Assembly (NCBI GenBank): GCA_951406725.2
Contig: OX597825.1
Coordinates: 73,594,001-73,658,000 of the forward strand
Length of the DNA stretch: 64,000 nucleotides
Source: Octopus vulgaris
Taxonomy: Eukaryota
Direction: 5' to 3'
Numbering within the stretch: position 1 is the stretch's first letter; every line of letters begins with the position of its first letter. A program made the translations under genes and the position numbers. This document shows positions 25,866-39,456 of this stretch, in pieces. The notes below the pieces were generated by a model that made no database searches, was not told the DNA's origin, and was given only the letters and a program-made list of their open reading frames with translations.

Positions 25866-26348
25866 TACAAACATACACGCATCAGTTTCTTACTGAGGTT
25901 CAAAGGATACATATATAGCATAAATAATTTGGATGGTGAAATATTCATGGCCTTCCAAATGGACTAAAGACTTAGATCACAGTTATTTACAATCATGTAA
26001 AGTCACTATGCTATTTTCATATGCAGTCACTCTTAAAATGTTTTTTTCTCCTTCTGGCAATCAAAAAACTTCTGGAAAATAACTTAGACCAGAGACATTG
26101 CGTTTTGAGTGTCTAACTTTAAATTCGGCAGTTTTTGTGAGCAGCTGTCGCCTTGCCTTGATTTTTTGTCTTTATTCTCTGTCATGTATAGGATTCTGCA
26201 CAAGATTTTGTATTATATTGTTGTAGATGAATTAATAAAATTACCTGTCGGTCCTTCTATCTATCTGTTTATCTGTCTCTTTGTTTGTCTCTACATCAAA
26301 CCATTTATCGTTCTTTTTATCTATCTGTCCGTCTATCTTCTCATCCAA

Positions 26349-26420
<72 letters not shown>

Positions 26421-26765
26421 CTATCATCATCGTTTAACGTCCGTTTTCCATGCTAGCATGGGTTGGCCGGTTTGACCGGGGTCTGGAAAGCCAGGAGGCT
26501 GCACCAAGCTCCAGTCTGATCGGGCAGTATTTCTACAGCTGGATGCCTTTCCTAACGCCAACCACTCCGTGAGTGTAGTGGGTGCTTTTTACGTGCCACC
26601 GGCACAGGTGCCAGGGGAGGCTGGCAATGGCCACGACCGGTTGGTGTTTTTTACGTGCCACTGGCATGGAAGTCAGTCAAGACAGCGCTGGCATCGCCCA
26701 CATTCGGATGGTGCTTTTTACGTGCCACTGGCACGGGTATCACAACTACAATTTCCATTTGATTT

Positions 26766-26847
<82 letters not shown>

Positions 26848-27783
26848 CATCCATCCATCCATCCATCCATCCTCCATCCATCCATCCATCCATCCATCAT
26901 CTATCTCTCAATCCATATATGCACTCACTATCTCTATCAACTAATCTATCTATCCAATTTTCCATCCATCTGCTCATCCATCCATCCATCCATCCACCCA
27001 CCCATCCATCCACCCGTCCACCCACTAACACAACACAACTCTGTTAAGCCATCTACCCATCTGTCCGTTTATGACAAACATAAAGCTTTTATACAAAGTA
27101 GATGCTCAAACAATCCAAGCTGCCTAGAATTTATGGATGCCATTAATGAATATTCCGTTTAAAGTCGTACAGACCATATAACATACAAACGTGCTGTGAC
27201 TGTTTGCAAATAAACCGAGCATAGTTCACAGAGGCCTAAGAATGAAACATGCATGAAAAGCACTTTTATATGTTGCTTATTGACATCCATACTAGTCCTT
27301 ACATGCTCAGATAAATTCTAGTTATCACATGTAGAACCTGTATTTAACTTGCATGTCAAATACGATTTCTTCAATGAAAGCTGGACACTCTGATCCAACG
27401 ACGGCAGAACTGGATGAGGGGAAAATAAATAGTATTTGATATAAGATATGTTACTCGGGTTAACCGATTCCAGTCGCTGCTGTTTAATCCCTGTTCAATC
27501 CTGGTTGAACAGACATATGATCAAAGATGCTTTTCAACGACGGCTGTCACATTTTGTTTGCCGGGAGATATCTAGTACTGCATTAGCTAAAGTGTCTTTC
27601 CCACTTTACAAGTTAATATAGTGGGCTGATTTAGTTACTGTTTCCATATACACCAGCACATATATATATATATATATACATTTGCATAAACCCACACGAA
27701 CACAGACACATACGTACACGTATATACATATGTACAAGAACGTATATGTACATGAAGGTGTGTGTATATATGTTATATATGTA

Positions 27784-27839
<56 letters not shown>

Positions 27840-27936
27840 GTATATATGTATATGTATGTATGTATATATACATATATATATATATGTACGGAAAAAATGT
27901 CAAGATAGAAAATGTCAAAATAATTTTATAAAAAAC

Positions 27937-27980
27937 CTTTCAGTACCGGTTTCAGCCATTGAAACTTTTTCAACTGTAAG
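27937..27980 (-). ncRNA. Type I hammerhead motif, U3-A8 core variant
   Basis: CUUACAG UUGAAAA AGUU-UCAAU-GGCU GAAAC CG GUA^CUGAAAG. Palindromic stem III ACCGGU; stem I 6/7 paired. Confidence 0.65.
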
Positions 27981-28055
27981 TATGGAAAACAATTAAATTT
28001 GGAAAAATTAAAAGAAAAGTTTTTTTATACATACATACATACATACATACATACA

Positions 28056-28125
<70 letters not shown>

Positions 28126-29408
28126 GTATATATATATATGTATATATGTGTTTATTATGTAACGATCATGGTTATGGTTTAAGCCATGGGTCACCTGAAA
28201 CGGCTGTCAAGATAAAACTTGTATTTTCTATTCGTTATTCTGTACCCTTCATTTTGTATTCTATGCATGCATGCATACATGTATGTATGTATGTATGAAT
28301 ATATGTATGTAAGTATGTATATATGTCTACACACCCACACACACATATATATGTATATATGCATGTATGTCTATACAAATATATACATATAAATATAATG
28401 TATGTATATATATATGTGCGTGTGTATTTATATATATATATATATATACACGCACACATGTAAATATGTATGTATGTATGTATGTAAGTGTGAGTGTGTG
28501 CATGTGTGTGGGTGCCTGTGTGTGCATGTGTTGGTATTTTACTTATTATACATTATGAGTGTATATGTGTGCGATGGTGTGTGAGGAGTCAGAATGTATG
28601 GTCAGGCACTTGAGAGTGTTAGCATGTTTCTGTGTGAGCATGTATCTGTGTATGTACGTGTGCACATATGCATGCATATGTATCTTTGTCTGTGTGTGCG
28701 TAAGTATGTTTGTGGTGTGTGTATAAAACATGTATGTATGTGCATGTTTGTGATGGAGCGCTTGGCGACGTTTTAAAATTAATTCGTACAACACAGGTCA
28801 GTAACATGTTTAATTCAAGCCCAAAGATGCTCATGCGTAACAACCCATCCATCCATCCGTCCATCCATCCATTCCATCCATCCATCCATCCATCCATCCA
28901 TCCATCCATCCATCCATCCATCCATCCATTCCTCCATCCATCCATCCACTCTTACTGTACATCGGTTATAATGGCGTTAACATCCTTTTCACAGCAGCAA
29001 TGGAAATACATATGGTTTTGGGTTACCAAATTATAATATTCATTTATGTTTGGACAGGTTTTTAGTTGTCAGTAGAAATATCAAGAGAAAGCCGAGACTT
29101 AGTGAAACGACTATTCCAATATTTGCTTTGGAGAAAGCATCACTAACGTACATCAGTTAAGTAATTCTAGTCACATATTTCAGAAGAATGAAAGCGAAGA
29201 ATGGTTTATTTATTTCTTTTATTTTATTTACTGCTTCTTTCTTTTTATTTATTTATTTATTATTATTTTTTTTGTTGCTTTTTTTAATATTTGGTTTCCT
29301 CATAAATGATTGCATAGTGTTATATGCGAAGAGTTCTTTAGAATAGGATCTGAAAACATACTTAGTATGTGTATGTGCATGCATGTATAATGAGTGTATG
29401 TATGTGTA

Positions 29409-29469
<61 letters not shown>

Positions 29470-29880
29470 GTATATATATATATATATCAATATGTGTGTG
29501 TGTGTGTGTGTATGTGTGGCAGGTTTCTGGTGTTCGACAGGATGACTTAGTTGTTTGATTGGAAGAATTATCTGCCCCTGAATTAGCACATGATAGCCGG
29601 GAAGAATTCTCTAGGGCAGTGTGTGTGTGACTCTGAGTGACAAAGCTTCTTAAACCTTTTGAACCACACCTCCAATCTACTCAAACCCAGCCTACAGTCA
29701 TCTATACAGGTACTACCTGCCTAATTTTAGCTGCAAGACACGAGTCGATTGAGGCTATATATATATATATATATATATGTATGTACCAGCTGCCATGCTT
29801 GATCACTAAATCCACCACTTTTTTATTGTCTCTCTTTTTATTTCTGTCTCTTTATTTTCCCTCAGTTTATTTTCTCATCC

Positions 29881-29916
29881 CTTTCAGCTGAAGAGCTTAG
29901 GCTCGAAACGTAAAAG
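29881..29916 (+). ncRNA. Degenerate minimal hammerhead motif (same family as 50724-50754)
   Basis: CUUU CAGCUGA A GAGC-UUAG-GCUC GAAAC GUA^AAAG. Downstream TTCTCACTTTCCCGAGCG is shared with the minus-strand copy at 50700-50754. Confidence 0.55.
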
Positions 29917-29996
29917 TCGTTCTCACTTTCCCGAGCGCCAAACTAAAACACACACATACACACACACACGCACACACAACCACACATATTTATGTG

Positions 29997-30035
<39 letters not shown>

Positions 30036-31047
30036 GTATGTATATATATATATGCTGTGTGTGTGTATGAGTGCGTCTATATGTGTGTATTTATAAGTGT
30101 TATAAATATATAATTTTGTATGAGTGTGTGTATGTATATATATATATGTGTATATATATACACATATGTATCAAACAAATCTCTCTCTCTCACTCTATGT
30201 GTGTGTATGTACGTACGTGCGTGTGTGTGCGTGAGTCTTTATAAGTATATTTATATATTATATATATAATATATATATATACATACACAGATAAGTATAA
30301 CTGTATGTATATATGTTAAGACCTTAACTAGAATGAGAAAACCTCTACTTGGGATGGCCACTGTTGGAACGCCTTTAATCATAAGTCCTCCTGATTAGGA
30401 CTGTCCTTGGGCTAAATAACAACAACAACAACACAAAGAGTTCATAGTTTTAAAATTCGAACCCATTATGTCGATAAAGTTTGTTTTTAATTATTGGTTT
30501 TTGATGAGAATTAACATAGATTAAGGCAGATTAACATGGATTTAAAAATCAAATTTGACATGTAAACTAGGAGCTGTCATAATCGTTATTGCGCTGCATT
30601 AAATGCCCTGAAGCATTTAGTTGGAGATTTTTACGTAGCGAGAACCAATTTCACGGATGTCAACCTCACCAGTCGTTCTTCCGGGGTTGATAAGGGATAA
30701 TACTCTAACCGCGTACAGGCGTGGCTGGATGGTTAAAGAGCTTGCTTCTAAACCATATGAAACTGCTGTTTCAAGCGTGTTGGTATCTCTTAGATACTCT
30801 AAATTACAATTTAAAATAATTATTACCTTTGAAAGGTTTTTATGCCCATCCTGGCCACCTGATAAGATCGATATTTTAAATATCGACCTTATCCTTATTT
30901 ATATAAATTTATATAATATATATATGTTTTTTTATATATATATATATCACACTTATATATGTATTTATATCTCTGAATGGATGTGTGTGTATTATACATA
31001 TATATGTTTGTGTGCGCTTTTACATGTATGAGTACTTGTGTGTTTAT

Positions 31048-31147
31048 AGAAGAAGAAGAAGAAGAAGAAGAAGAAGAAGAAGAAGAAGAAGAAGAAGAAG
31101 AAGAAGAAGAAGAAGAAGAAGAAGAAGAAGAAGAAGAAGAAGAAGAA
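31048..31147. repeat. (GAA)n microsatellite
   Basis: Seen directly. Confidence 0.98.
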
Positions 31148-32480
31148 AAAGGCTATATGCCTGTGTCTTGAAACAAATCAGTGTAATATACATAATTCTG
31201 AAGTGTGCGTGTGTGATGCGGTATATGTTATTTTTTCTGTGGTGTGTGTGTTTAGAAAAAAGATAAACATAAATGTAAAGAGACAGTGAGATCGTACACA
31301 CACTCTTACACACGCAAATACACACATATACAAACATATTTCAGTGCAGATATACTCGCGTACGTATATTCAGACAAACGTGCTCACATATCCCATTATC
31401 AAAACAACTATATCATTTCAATATTTACACTAGTACAAGACTGTGTCAATTTGTTGTCTCGAAGGTATTAAAACTAACACTCAGAAAAATTCAGTGGAAA
31501 TCTTAGATTGGAAAATATTTTTTCTCCAGATTTTTTTGAAAACTAGTATTTATTTTTAATTTTTTTTTTACGTCACTTTGAAATTAGTAATATGTTTGCA
31601 GATAGGCAAAAAGCTACGTTGGTAATTCTGGTCATAAGAAAGACTAAAATTTAGCAAAAAAATACACAGATATTCTACAATAAGAGGCGATTAAAGTATA
31701 TAGCGGGCATGAAGAAAATGCTAGCAAATGCTGAAATACTGAGAACTAGTTATATATTAAATGTGCCAGAATCGAAAGAAGTGATTTGAAGAATTACGTA
31801 TAATACTATTGTCGTTATAGGGATTGAGAGTAGCTACGTATTAATTGAAGGTGTGTGAAGCATAATATGATTAAAATAGAGCTTTTCACTGTTTAAGAAG
31901 GTTCTAGATAATAAAGGAACTGAAAGGGGAAATTGGAAGAATTAAGATATTCTCCCATTTTTTTTTTCTTTTAAGACAACTAGATAGTGCCGTGTGTTTC
32001 TTCGGTTATCTACATGTCAGCTGCTAATTTGTTTTTCGAAAGAAGCGTAAACGATGAGCATCGTATGAAGATTAAGAGTAAGGGAAGGCAAAAAAAGGTA
32101 GTAGTTTAAATTCCTTTGGAGGATGCATAGCTAGCGTGGTTTGCACAAGGACTTACCTGAATGCTCTAAAAGTTTCAGACAGTCAAAATGAAGGCAGAAT
32201 CAGAAAAAATAGAGAAGAATAGAGATGGACGGAAAAAAGAAAGGTTGAGAGAAGGGGGGGCGGAATAGAAACACAAATAGGACAAAAGAGTTGAACTGAT
32301 CGTTCTGAGAGAGGAACTGGTTAAATCAAACATGCACAACAAAAGACAGATTCAACATTAAACAGAGTTACATTTAATTACAACATAACAACAAAATAAA
32401 AATGATAATAATACATGCATATTAAAAATTGAACAAAAAAAACAAAAACACCATTAACAATAATGGACAATAACGTATAC

Positions 32481-33263
32481 ATTTCTTTACTACCCACAAG
32501 GGGCTAAACTCAGAGGGGACAAACAAGGACAGACAAACGGATTAAGGTCGATTACATCGACCCTAGTGCGTAACTGGTACTTATTTATCGACTCTGAAAG
32601 GATGAAAGGCAAAGTCGACCTCGGGGGAATTGGAACTCAGAACGTTACGGCAGACGAAATACCTATTTCATTACTACCCACAAGGGGCTAAACACAGAGG
32701 GACAAACAAGGACAGACAAACGGATTAAGTCGATTACATCGACCGCACTGCGTAACTGGTACTTATTTAATCGACGCCGAAAGGATGAAAGGCAAAGTCG
32801 ACCTCGGCGGAATTTGAACTCAGAACGTTACGGCATACGAAATACCTATTTCTTTACTACCCACAAGGGGCTAAACACAGAGGGGACAAACAAGGACAGA
32901 CAAACGGATTAAGTCGATTACATCAACCCCAGTGCGTAACTGGTACTTATTTAATCGACACTGAAAGGAGGAAAGGCAAAGTCGACCTCGGCGGAATTTG
33001 AACTCAGAACGTAACGGCAGACGAAATACCTATTTCTTTACTACCCACAAGGGGCTAAACACAGAGGGGACAAACAAGGACAGACAAACGGATTAAGTCG
33101 ATTATATCGACCCCAGTGCGTAACTGGTACTTATTTAATCGACGCCGAAAGGATGAAAGGCAAAGTCGACCTCGGCGGAATTTGAACTCAGAACGTAACG
33201 GCAGACGAAATACGGCGACGCATTTTCGCCCGGCGTGCTAACGTTTCTGCCAGCTCGCCGCCT
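32481..33263 (-). mobile_element. Family B SINE, tetramer (one tRNA head + four 184-bp units)
   Basis: Units start at 32481, 32665, 32848 and 33032. Perfect 20-bp TSD TAATGGACAATAACGTATAC at 32461-32480 and 33264-33283. Confidence 0.93.
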
Positions 33264-33314
33264 TAATGGACAATAACGTATACTTGAGCATTTTAAGTGA
33301 AACAAAATTTTTTT

Positions 33315-33693
33315 AGTAAACTAGTAAGCAGACGAGAAGAGAGTGAGCGCTTTTGAAATGTGGTGTTACCGCAGAATCCTTAGAGTGTCCGTGGACGGAG
33401 AGAAGGACGAACAACTGGGTTCTAGTAAAGCTCGGCTGCGATATGACGCTTCGGCGAAATGTCATGAAGCGCAAGCTACGGTTCTTTGGCCACGTCATGC
33501 GCCGGGATGGACTTGAGCGAACGATCATAACTGGCAAGGCGAACGGCAGACGTAAAAGAAGCAGACCAACCACTTGTTGGCTGAAAGACATCGCAACGAC
33601 AGGATTGTCTTTATTCTCAGCTGTCCATGGGGTGGAAGACAGGAGATCGTGGCAAGACATCGCATAGTGCAACACCTGACTAGGATGATGATG
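33315..33693 (+). pseudogene. 5'-truncated RTE/BovB-like LINE 3' end
   Basis: RVSAFEMWCYRRILRV/PWTERRTNNWVL...KRKLRFFGHVMRRDGLERTIITGKANGRRKRSRPTTCWLKDI followed by a (GAT)n tail. Confidence 0.92.
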
Positions 33694-33961
33694 GGTGAGC
33701 ATCTGCTGTGGCAAATGGCAAATCTAATAAGTTTGCTTCCGCTTAGAAAAATAATTTAGTCGTTCCGTGAATACAATCGCATACACGCGCGCTTAGCGCA
33801 AGAACCTGATTATTGTATAAGAAACCAACAATCCAAAACTTGTTTATAAATACACAGTTATACAATACTTAGTCAATTTGTTCTTACAGAATGCAAATGG
33901 TTTCGGCGATTAAAAGTACTCTTCAGAGAAATGTGTGATTTATGCACCCATTATATATATG

Positions 33962-34106
<145 letters not shown>

Positions 34107-35700
34107 TGTGTGTGTTCGCCTATGCTCTAGAATTACAGTAAACACGAAAACAAATGAAGAAAATCTTACAAAAACTGAACAAAATATCTCTCTCCGTAAA
34201 AAAATTAATCCCAGTGGTATATGGAATACCACAAGGCTCTAATGACGACCAATTTACTGTCTATAAATAACGCAGTAACAAATTTACTACTCATAGGAAT
34301 TCATCTGAATCTGTTTGAATAAACGATTTCAAATTCTGGCACAAGGCCAGTAACTTTTAGGGGGCGAATGTTAGCCAATTACATCGACTCCTCCCCTAGT
34401 ACTTAACTGGTATTTCTTTATTTTATCAATTTTTTTCGATACCGAAAGGAGTATAAGCGAAGCTAAACTTGGTGGAATTTGAAGCTAGGAAGTAAAGAGC
34501 CGGAAGAAATACTGTTAAGCATTTTGTCCGACTCGCTTATGATTTTGCCAAAAAAAAAACCAACAACCCCAAAAAAGCATAAATTCACCCCTCCGGAAAA
34601 AAACAAAAACAAAAAATGGTGGAAATACACTTAACGATAAGTCATCTCGGTGATATGACAAACTAGCAAATTGATATAGAGATGTACTTGCATAGCAAAT
34701 GTTTTGATTTGAGACCAAACTGTGACGAAATTGTGCTGCATATTGTGATGTAGCATAATTTCTTTTTTTTTTTTGTGTCAATGAATAGATCGCAATTTCG
34801 AGCGACGAAAATTTTGACGCCATATTACAAATCAATGTTTGAGTGAAGCTAACTATCTTTGTTTCTTTCTCATTGATAAGAAAAATACTCAAAAACCACA
34901 GCGCATCAGCTCACTTCTGTGTTTGTCTGTATGTCTGTCCGTCTGTCGGCCAGTTTGTTCGTTTCTCCCACATACCTCTCTCCCTCTCTCTTCCTTTCCC
35001 TACTCCGACTCCCTGAAATGCTCATCAAATCTTATAAGTTGCCCTAGTTATTTTCCCTGTGAAACTATATTGATAAGTCGCATTATTAACCAAAGTGTAA
35101 TACTTGGAATAAATCTAAATTTTCTTGAAACACGATTCTCATTTCTCCTTCTAAATTTGTATCACGATATTACATTTTCCGTTCTGAATCAATGGTAATA
35201 ACAAAATGTCGACCAGCTTATAACATCCATTATGACTATAAAAGCTCTATATGCACTAATGAAACAGATTTATGTTTCCTCAACACAACATTGGACCCTG
35301 TTTTTCGATTTCCTCAAATATTAAATAAATTATCAGACCATTCATATATTCGTATGGTTTATTACGAATCACCACGAACTTTAATTCAAGCCGGATGACA
35401 GATTGCCATTGGTTTTTATTACGATTGGTTGAATTAGAGATATTCAATACCACATCCAGCCAATAACTTTTCCATATTTCTAGCATTAAAAAAAAAAAAT
35501 AGAAAGAGAAGCTAATACCTTCGTTTATTTTTTATTACGTCTTACTTTAAAAATCCGAATAAAAGAAGTGAAGTGATACATTTAGAAATATAGAAGGAAA
35601 ATGCAGGAAGACCTGAAGAATATCAACATAAATTATCGTTAAGAAGAATTCCACACAAACACGCTACACATGATATGGTACTACTACTACTACTACTACA

Positions 35701-35788
<88 letters not shown>

Positions 35789-35986
35789 ATAATAATAATG
35801 GGAAAAAAATGATGGTAAATTTTTTTTTTGAGAGTTAAAAAGGTGGAGTTGCGTCCCCTAGACAGTCTGTGGTTTGTGTTTCTGATTCTCGACCCCATGT
35901 CGAATTTATCGATTTTTTTTTCAGAACTGGGGGAACTTTTAAACACACACAGACAAACTGCCGTTTATATATAGAGAGATAATAAT

Positions 35987-36141
35987 GAAAATTGCACTAC
36001 TAGGCACTGCACACATCCTACGCAGAACACTTTCCATACAATAACCATCAGAGCATCACAACAAATCACAGCACATACCCAAGGCACACAGAGCTGCGCT
36101 CGGTAGTGAAGTGAAAGCACGCTATAAAAATAAAGCTACTG
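35987..36141 (+). mobile_element. R4/Dong-type non-LTR element 3' end in (TAA)n, family 1
   Basis: KIALLGTAHILRRTLSIQ* C-terminal motif, short 3' UTR, TAA repeats on both sides. Confidence 0.8.
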
Positions 36142-36220
36142 AATAATAATAATAATGATAGAGACTTGGAGCCAACTTGCACAAATGTAAAGTAAAAGTC
36201 AAACATAAAATAATAATAAT

Positions 36221-36408
36221 CCTTTCTTCTAAAGGTACAAGGGCTGAAATGTTGGGAGAGGGGAGTAGTCGATTACATCGACCCCAGTGCGTAACTAGTA
36301 CCTAGTTTATCGATCCCGAAAGGATGAAAAGCAAAGTCGACCTCGGTGGAATTTGAACTCAGAACGTAGCAACGGACGAAATGCCGCTAAGTATTTCGTC
36401 CAGCGTGC
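36221..36408 (-). mobile_element. Family B SINE with alternative (ATT)n-ending tail, monomer
   Basis: Same core (GAGTTCAAATTCCACCGAGGTCGACTTTGCTTTTCATCCTTTCGGGATCGATAAA) with a different tail. Similar minus-strand monomers at ~34330, 37262, 46110, 47727, 48310, 54680, 58183, 58490, 61612, 61835. Confidence 0.85.
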
Positions 36409-36496
36409 AATAATAATAATAATAATAATAAAAATAATAATGATAATAATAATAATAATAATAATAATGATAATAATAATAAAAATAAAAATAATA

Positions 36497-36613
36497 ATAG
36501 CCTTATTGGGCACAGCGCACATCTTAAGGAAAATATCTGTCTGAGGTCCTTGTTGTGACTTGACAGATGACTAAAGACTCCGGTGCATTTTTACCTACAC
36601 TGTGTTACGAAGG
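36497..36613 (+). mobile_element. R4/Dong-type 3' end in (TAA)n, family 2
   Basis: IALLGTAHILRKISV* followed by a 3' UTR unrelated to that at 35987. Confidence 0.75.
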
Positions 36614-36626
36614 AATAATAATAATG

Positions 36627-36674
<48 letters not shown>

Positions 36675-36677
<3 letters not shown>

Positions 36678-37249
36678 CAGTACCAGGCAGTGGCGTTGCC
36701 CTGATGCAGTACCAGGCAGTGGCTCTCATGGCTTCTGATCTTAACTGATTGGAAGTGTTATCATGTACATTGTTTTGTCTTGGTATAAAAGATGGGCTAC
36801 AGCAAATATTCTGCTCAATACCACAGATTTGCTTGTCAGTTGTTTGACCTTAACCAGTTGAGCATGTCCCTTAGTGGCTGACGATATGTGCATCTCTGAT
36901 CACGAGCAGAAGTAGTGGGGGAGCATCATAGCCATGTGTTGAGAGGGATTCTTTGGGGTTTGAATAGTTCACCTCTGGAAACATGGGTGGTTCTTTCAAC
37001 ATCCTTAAACAACCCTTATTCAGGGACCGTTTGAGCGGGATGGGCTACTCAACCTGAAGAAAATTCTAACTGGGCCCCACCTGCAAGGTCATGTTGTTTA
37101 TCTTGATATGAGATCACCATGTCGCGCACATATGGTTGTGATGCATGTGCCTGGTGTACCTTTATCAGACGGGTAGTCATGATGGGTATATTGGGCTTCG
37201 TATATTTTACCCCAGTGTCACTTTGATGGCATGAACTGCTCTCTCACTC
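36675..37249 (+). mobile_element. 575-bp non-coding insert in (TAA)n, probably a long 3' UTR or non-autonomous partner of a TAA-targeting retroelement
   Basis: GC-richer unique block bounded by TAA repeats; 20-bp direct duplication ATGCAGTACCAGGCAGTGGC at its left end. Orientation is inferred. Confidence 0.55.
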
Positions 37250-38127
37250 AATAATAATAATAGGCCTGAAATTTGCTAAGTGGAGACTAGTCAATTACAT
37301 CAACCCATGTGCTGAACTGATACTTATTTTATCGCTCCCGAAAGGGATGAAAGGCAAAATCAACTTCCGCGGAATTTGAACTCAGAACGTACAGAGCTGG
37401 AAGAAATACTACTAAGCATTTTGTTCAGTGCTGCAGCAATTCTGCGAGCTCGACAACTTTCTGTTTCGAATCTAGCACAAGACCAGTAATATGGAAGGGG
37501 TGGGGGAACAATTTCATCAACACCAGTACTTAACTGGTACTCTATTTTATCGGCCCTGAACGATCAAAGGAAAAGCCAACCTCGGCAGGATTTGAGCCTA
37601 GGGTCTGAAAGTTTACTACACCATAGTGGGTTACACCATGGTTCCTCTGCTTTGTGGCAGAAGTAGGAAGAAAGAGCGAGAGAAAGTTGTGGTGAAAGAG
37701 TACAGCGGGATTCACCACCACCCCGCCGGAGCCTTGTAGAGCTTAGTTGTTGTTGCTCCAATAAACACCCACAATGTCCGGTCTGGGAATCGAAACCGCG
37801 TTCATACGACCGCAAGTCCGCTGCCCTAACCACTGGGCCATTGCGCCACCACAGTAATTGTTGTTGTTGTTGTTGTCTGAAGGTGGTTTACTGTTAAGAA
37901 GTCGAATTTATTGTCAAGTACGCATCGGAGCATATCTTTACGATTTGCAATATTCTGAAATTTTGAAAATTTTGAAAAGCAGACATTTAAAAAAAAAAAG
38001 AAAAAGATTTATGAGTCTTTTTCTGAAAGAAAAGCCGTCTCAAGAATCATGTTTGCTGCGGAGTCTCTATAGAATGTCGAAAGATTTCCACTACTGTGTA
38101 TCTGTACGTGTGTGTATATGTTAGATG

Positions 38128-38162
<35 letters not shown>

Positions 38163-38690
38163 GCGTTTATTATTTTCTTTTTGCTAGTTATCTTTAAAAC
38201 GATATTGTTATTTAATTAAATTTTATGCAAACTCCATGTCGTTCTCTAAAGCAATTTGTGTAAAGCCAAACAAAAGACTGCAACGTAATTTATCACGAAT
38301 AGTTTAGTTTACAAGGCTCTAGAAATAAACGCAATGATAAAAACACGCAATACGTAAATATTGTTAGTAATAAAACATTAATACACCGTAGAGCAAATGA
38401 TTTAAATTCGTTTAAAGGCATCCATTTAGATACGATCTACAGTGATTCTATGAATGAATACGTAAACTGCAACAATTTCAATCTGGATGGGTTTCATCAG
38501 GTTTGTGATAGCCACGATTAAGTTTCATGTACTTTAGGCAGACCGTATATCATCTGATTAGAAATGCTTTCAAACTGGTATATAAATCATTATCAGGATG
38601 TTAGCGTTCTTAATATCTTCGTGATCAAGCTGCTGTTTAAGTGAAACACTAGGTTGACCGATCGACTACAACCAAAGGTGTAGAAGTGGG

Positions 38691-38930
38691 AAAGGCGGCG
38701 AGCTGGCAGAAGCGTTAGCACGCCGGGCGAAATGCGTAGCCATATTTCGTCTGCCGTTACGTTCTGAGTTCAAATTCCACCGAGGTCGACTTTGCCTTTC
38801 ATCCTTTCGGGGTCGATAAATTAAGTACCAGTTACGCACTGGGGTCGATGTAATCGACTTAATCCGTTTGTCTGTCCTTGTTTGTCCCCTCTGTGTTTAG
38901 CCCCTTGTGGACAGTAAAAGAAATAGACAT
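38691..38930 (+). mobile_element. Family B SINE, full-length monomer
   Basis: GGCGGCGAGCTGGCAGAA head and B box GAGTTCAAATTCC. Perfect 15-bp TSD AGGTGTAGAAGTGGG at 38676-38690 and 38931-38945. Confidence 0.93.
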
Positions 38931-39309
38931 AGGTGTAGAAGTGGGGTAATAGATAAGGGGAAGTAATCTCGCAATACTTTCTTCAGTACCTGCCTACTTT
39001 CCTACTTTCCTACCTACCTACCTACCTACTTACCTACACAGACAGACAGACACACACACACGCACACACACACATGCACGCACGCACGCTCATACACACA
39101 TATTGTACTATTCCGTGGAGATCAACAAGAAAGGTGTTCCAGCTGGTGAGACATAAATATTATTTAATAAACACAGTATGTACTTTTAAGAACAAACTGT
39201 TTCATGCGATGAAAACAGCTCAGCAGTATTTTATAACGCGTCAGGTGTCTGAGTTGTTCTCATCGCATAAAACTGTTTGTAGCACATAAAAATATATACT
39301 GCGTTTATA

Positions 39310-39372
<63 letters not shown>

Positions 39373-39456
39373 CTATATATATACGCGAATTTACGAAAAA
39401 TGCAGTGAACGAAGCGGGACTCTTTACCAAAATGGAGACGAACACCTTTCCTCATG

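Noticed and set aside
32481-33263. Retrozyme (hammerhead-containing tandem repeat) reading of the 184-bp array
   Set aside because: No CUGANGA/GAAA fold found by eye on either strand of the unit; GGATGAAAGGC is not a core.
33890-33935. CTGAAGA...GAAAC on the minus strand
   Set aside because: No stem I complement or NUH site in register, and stem II does not pair.
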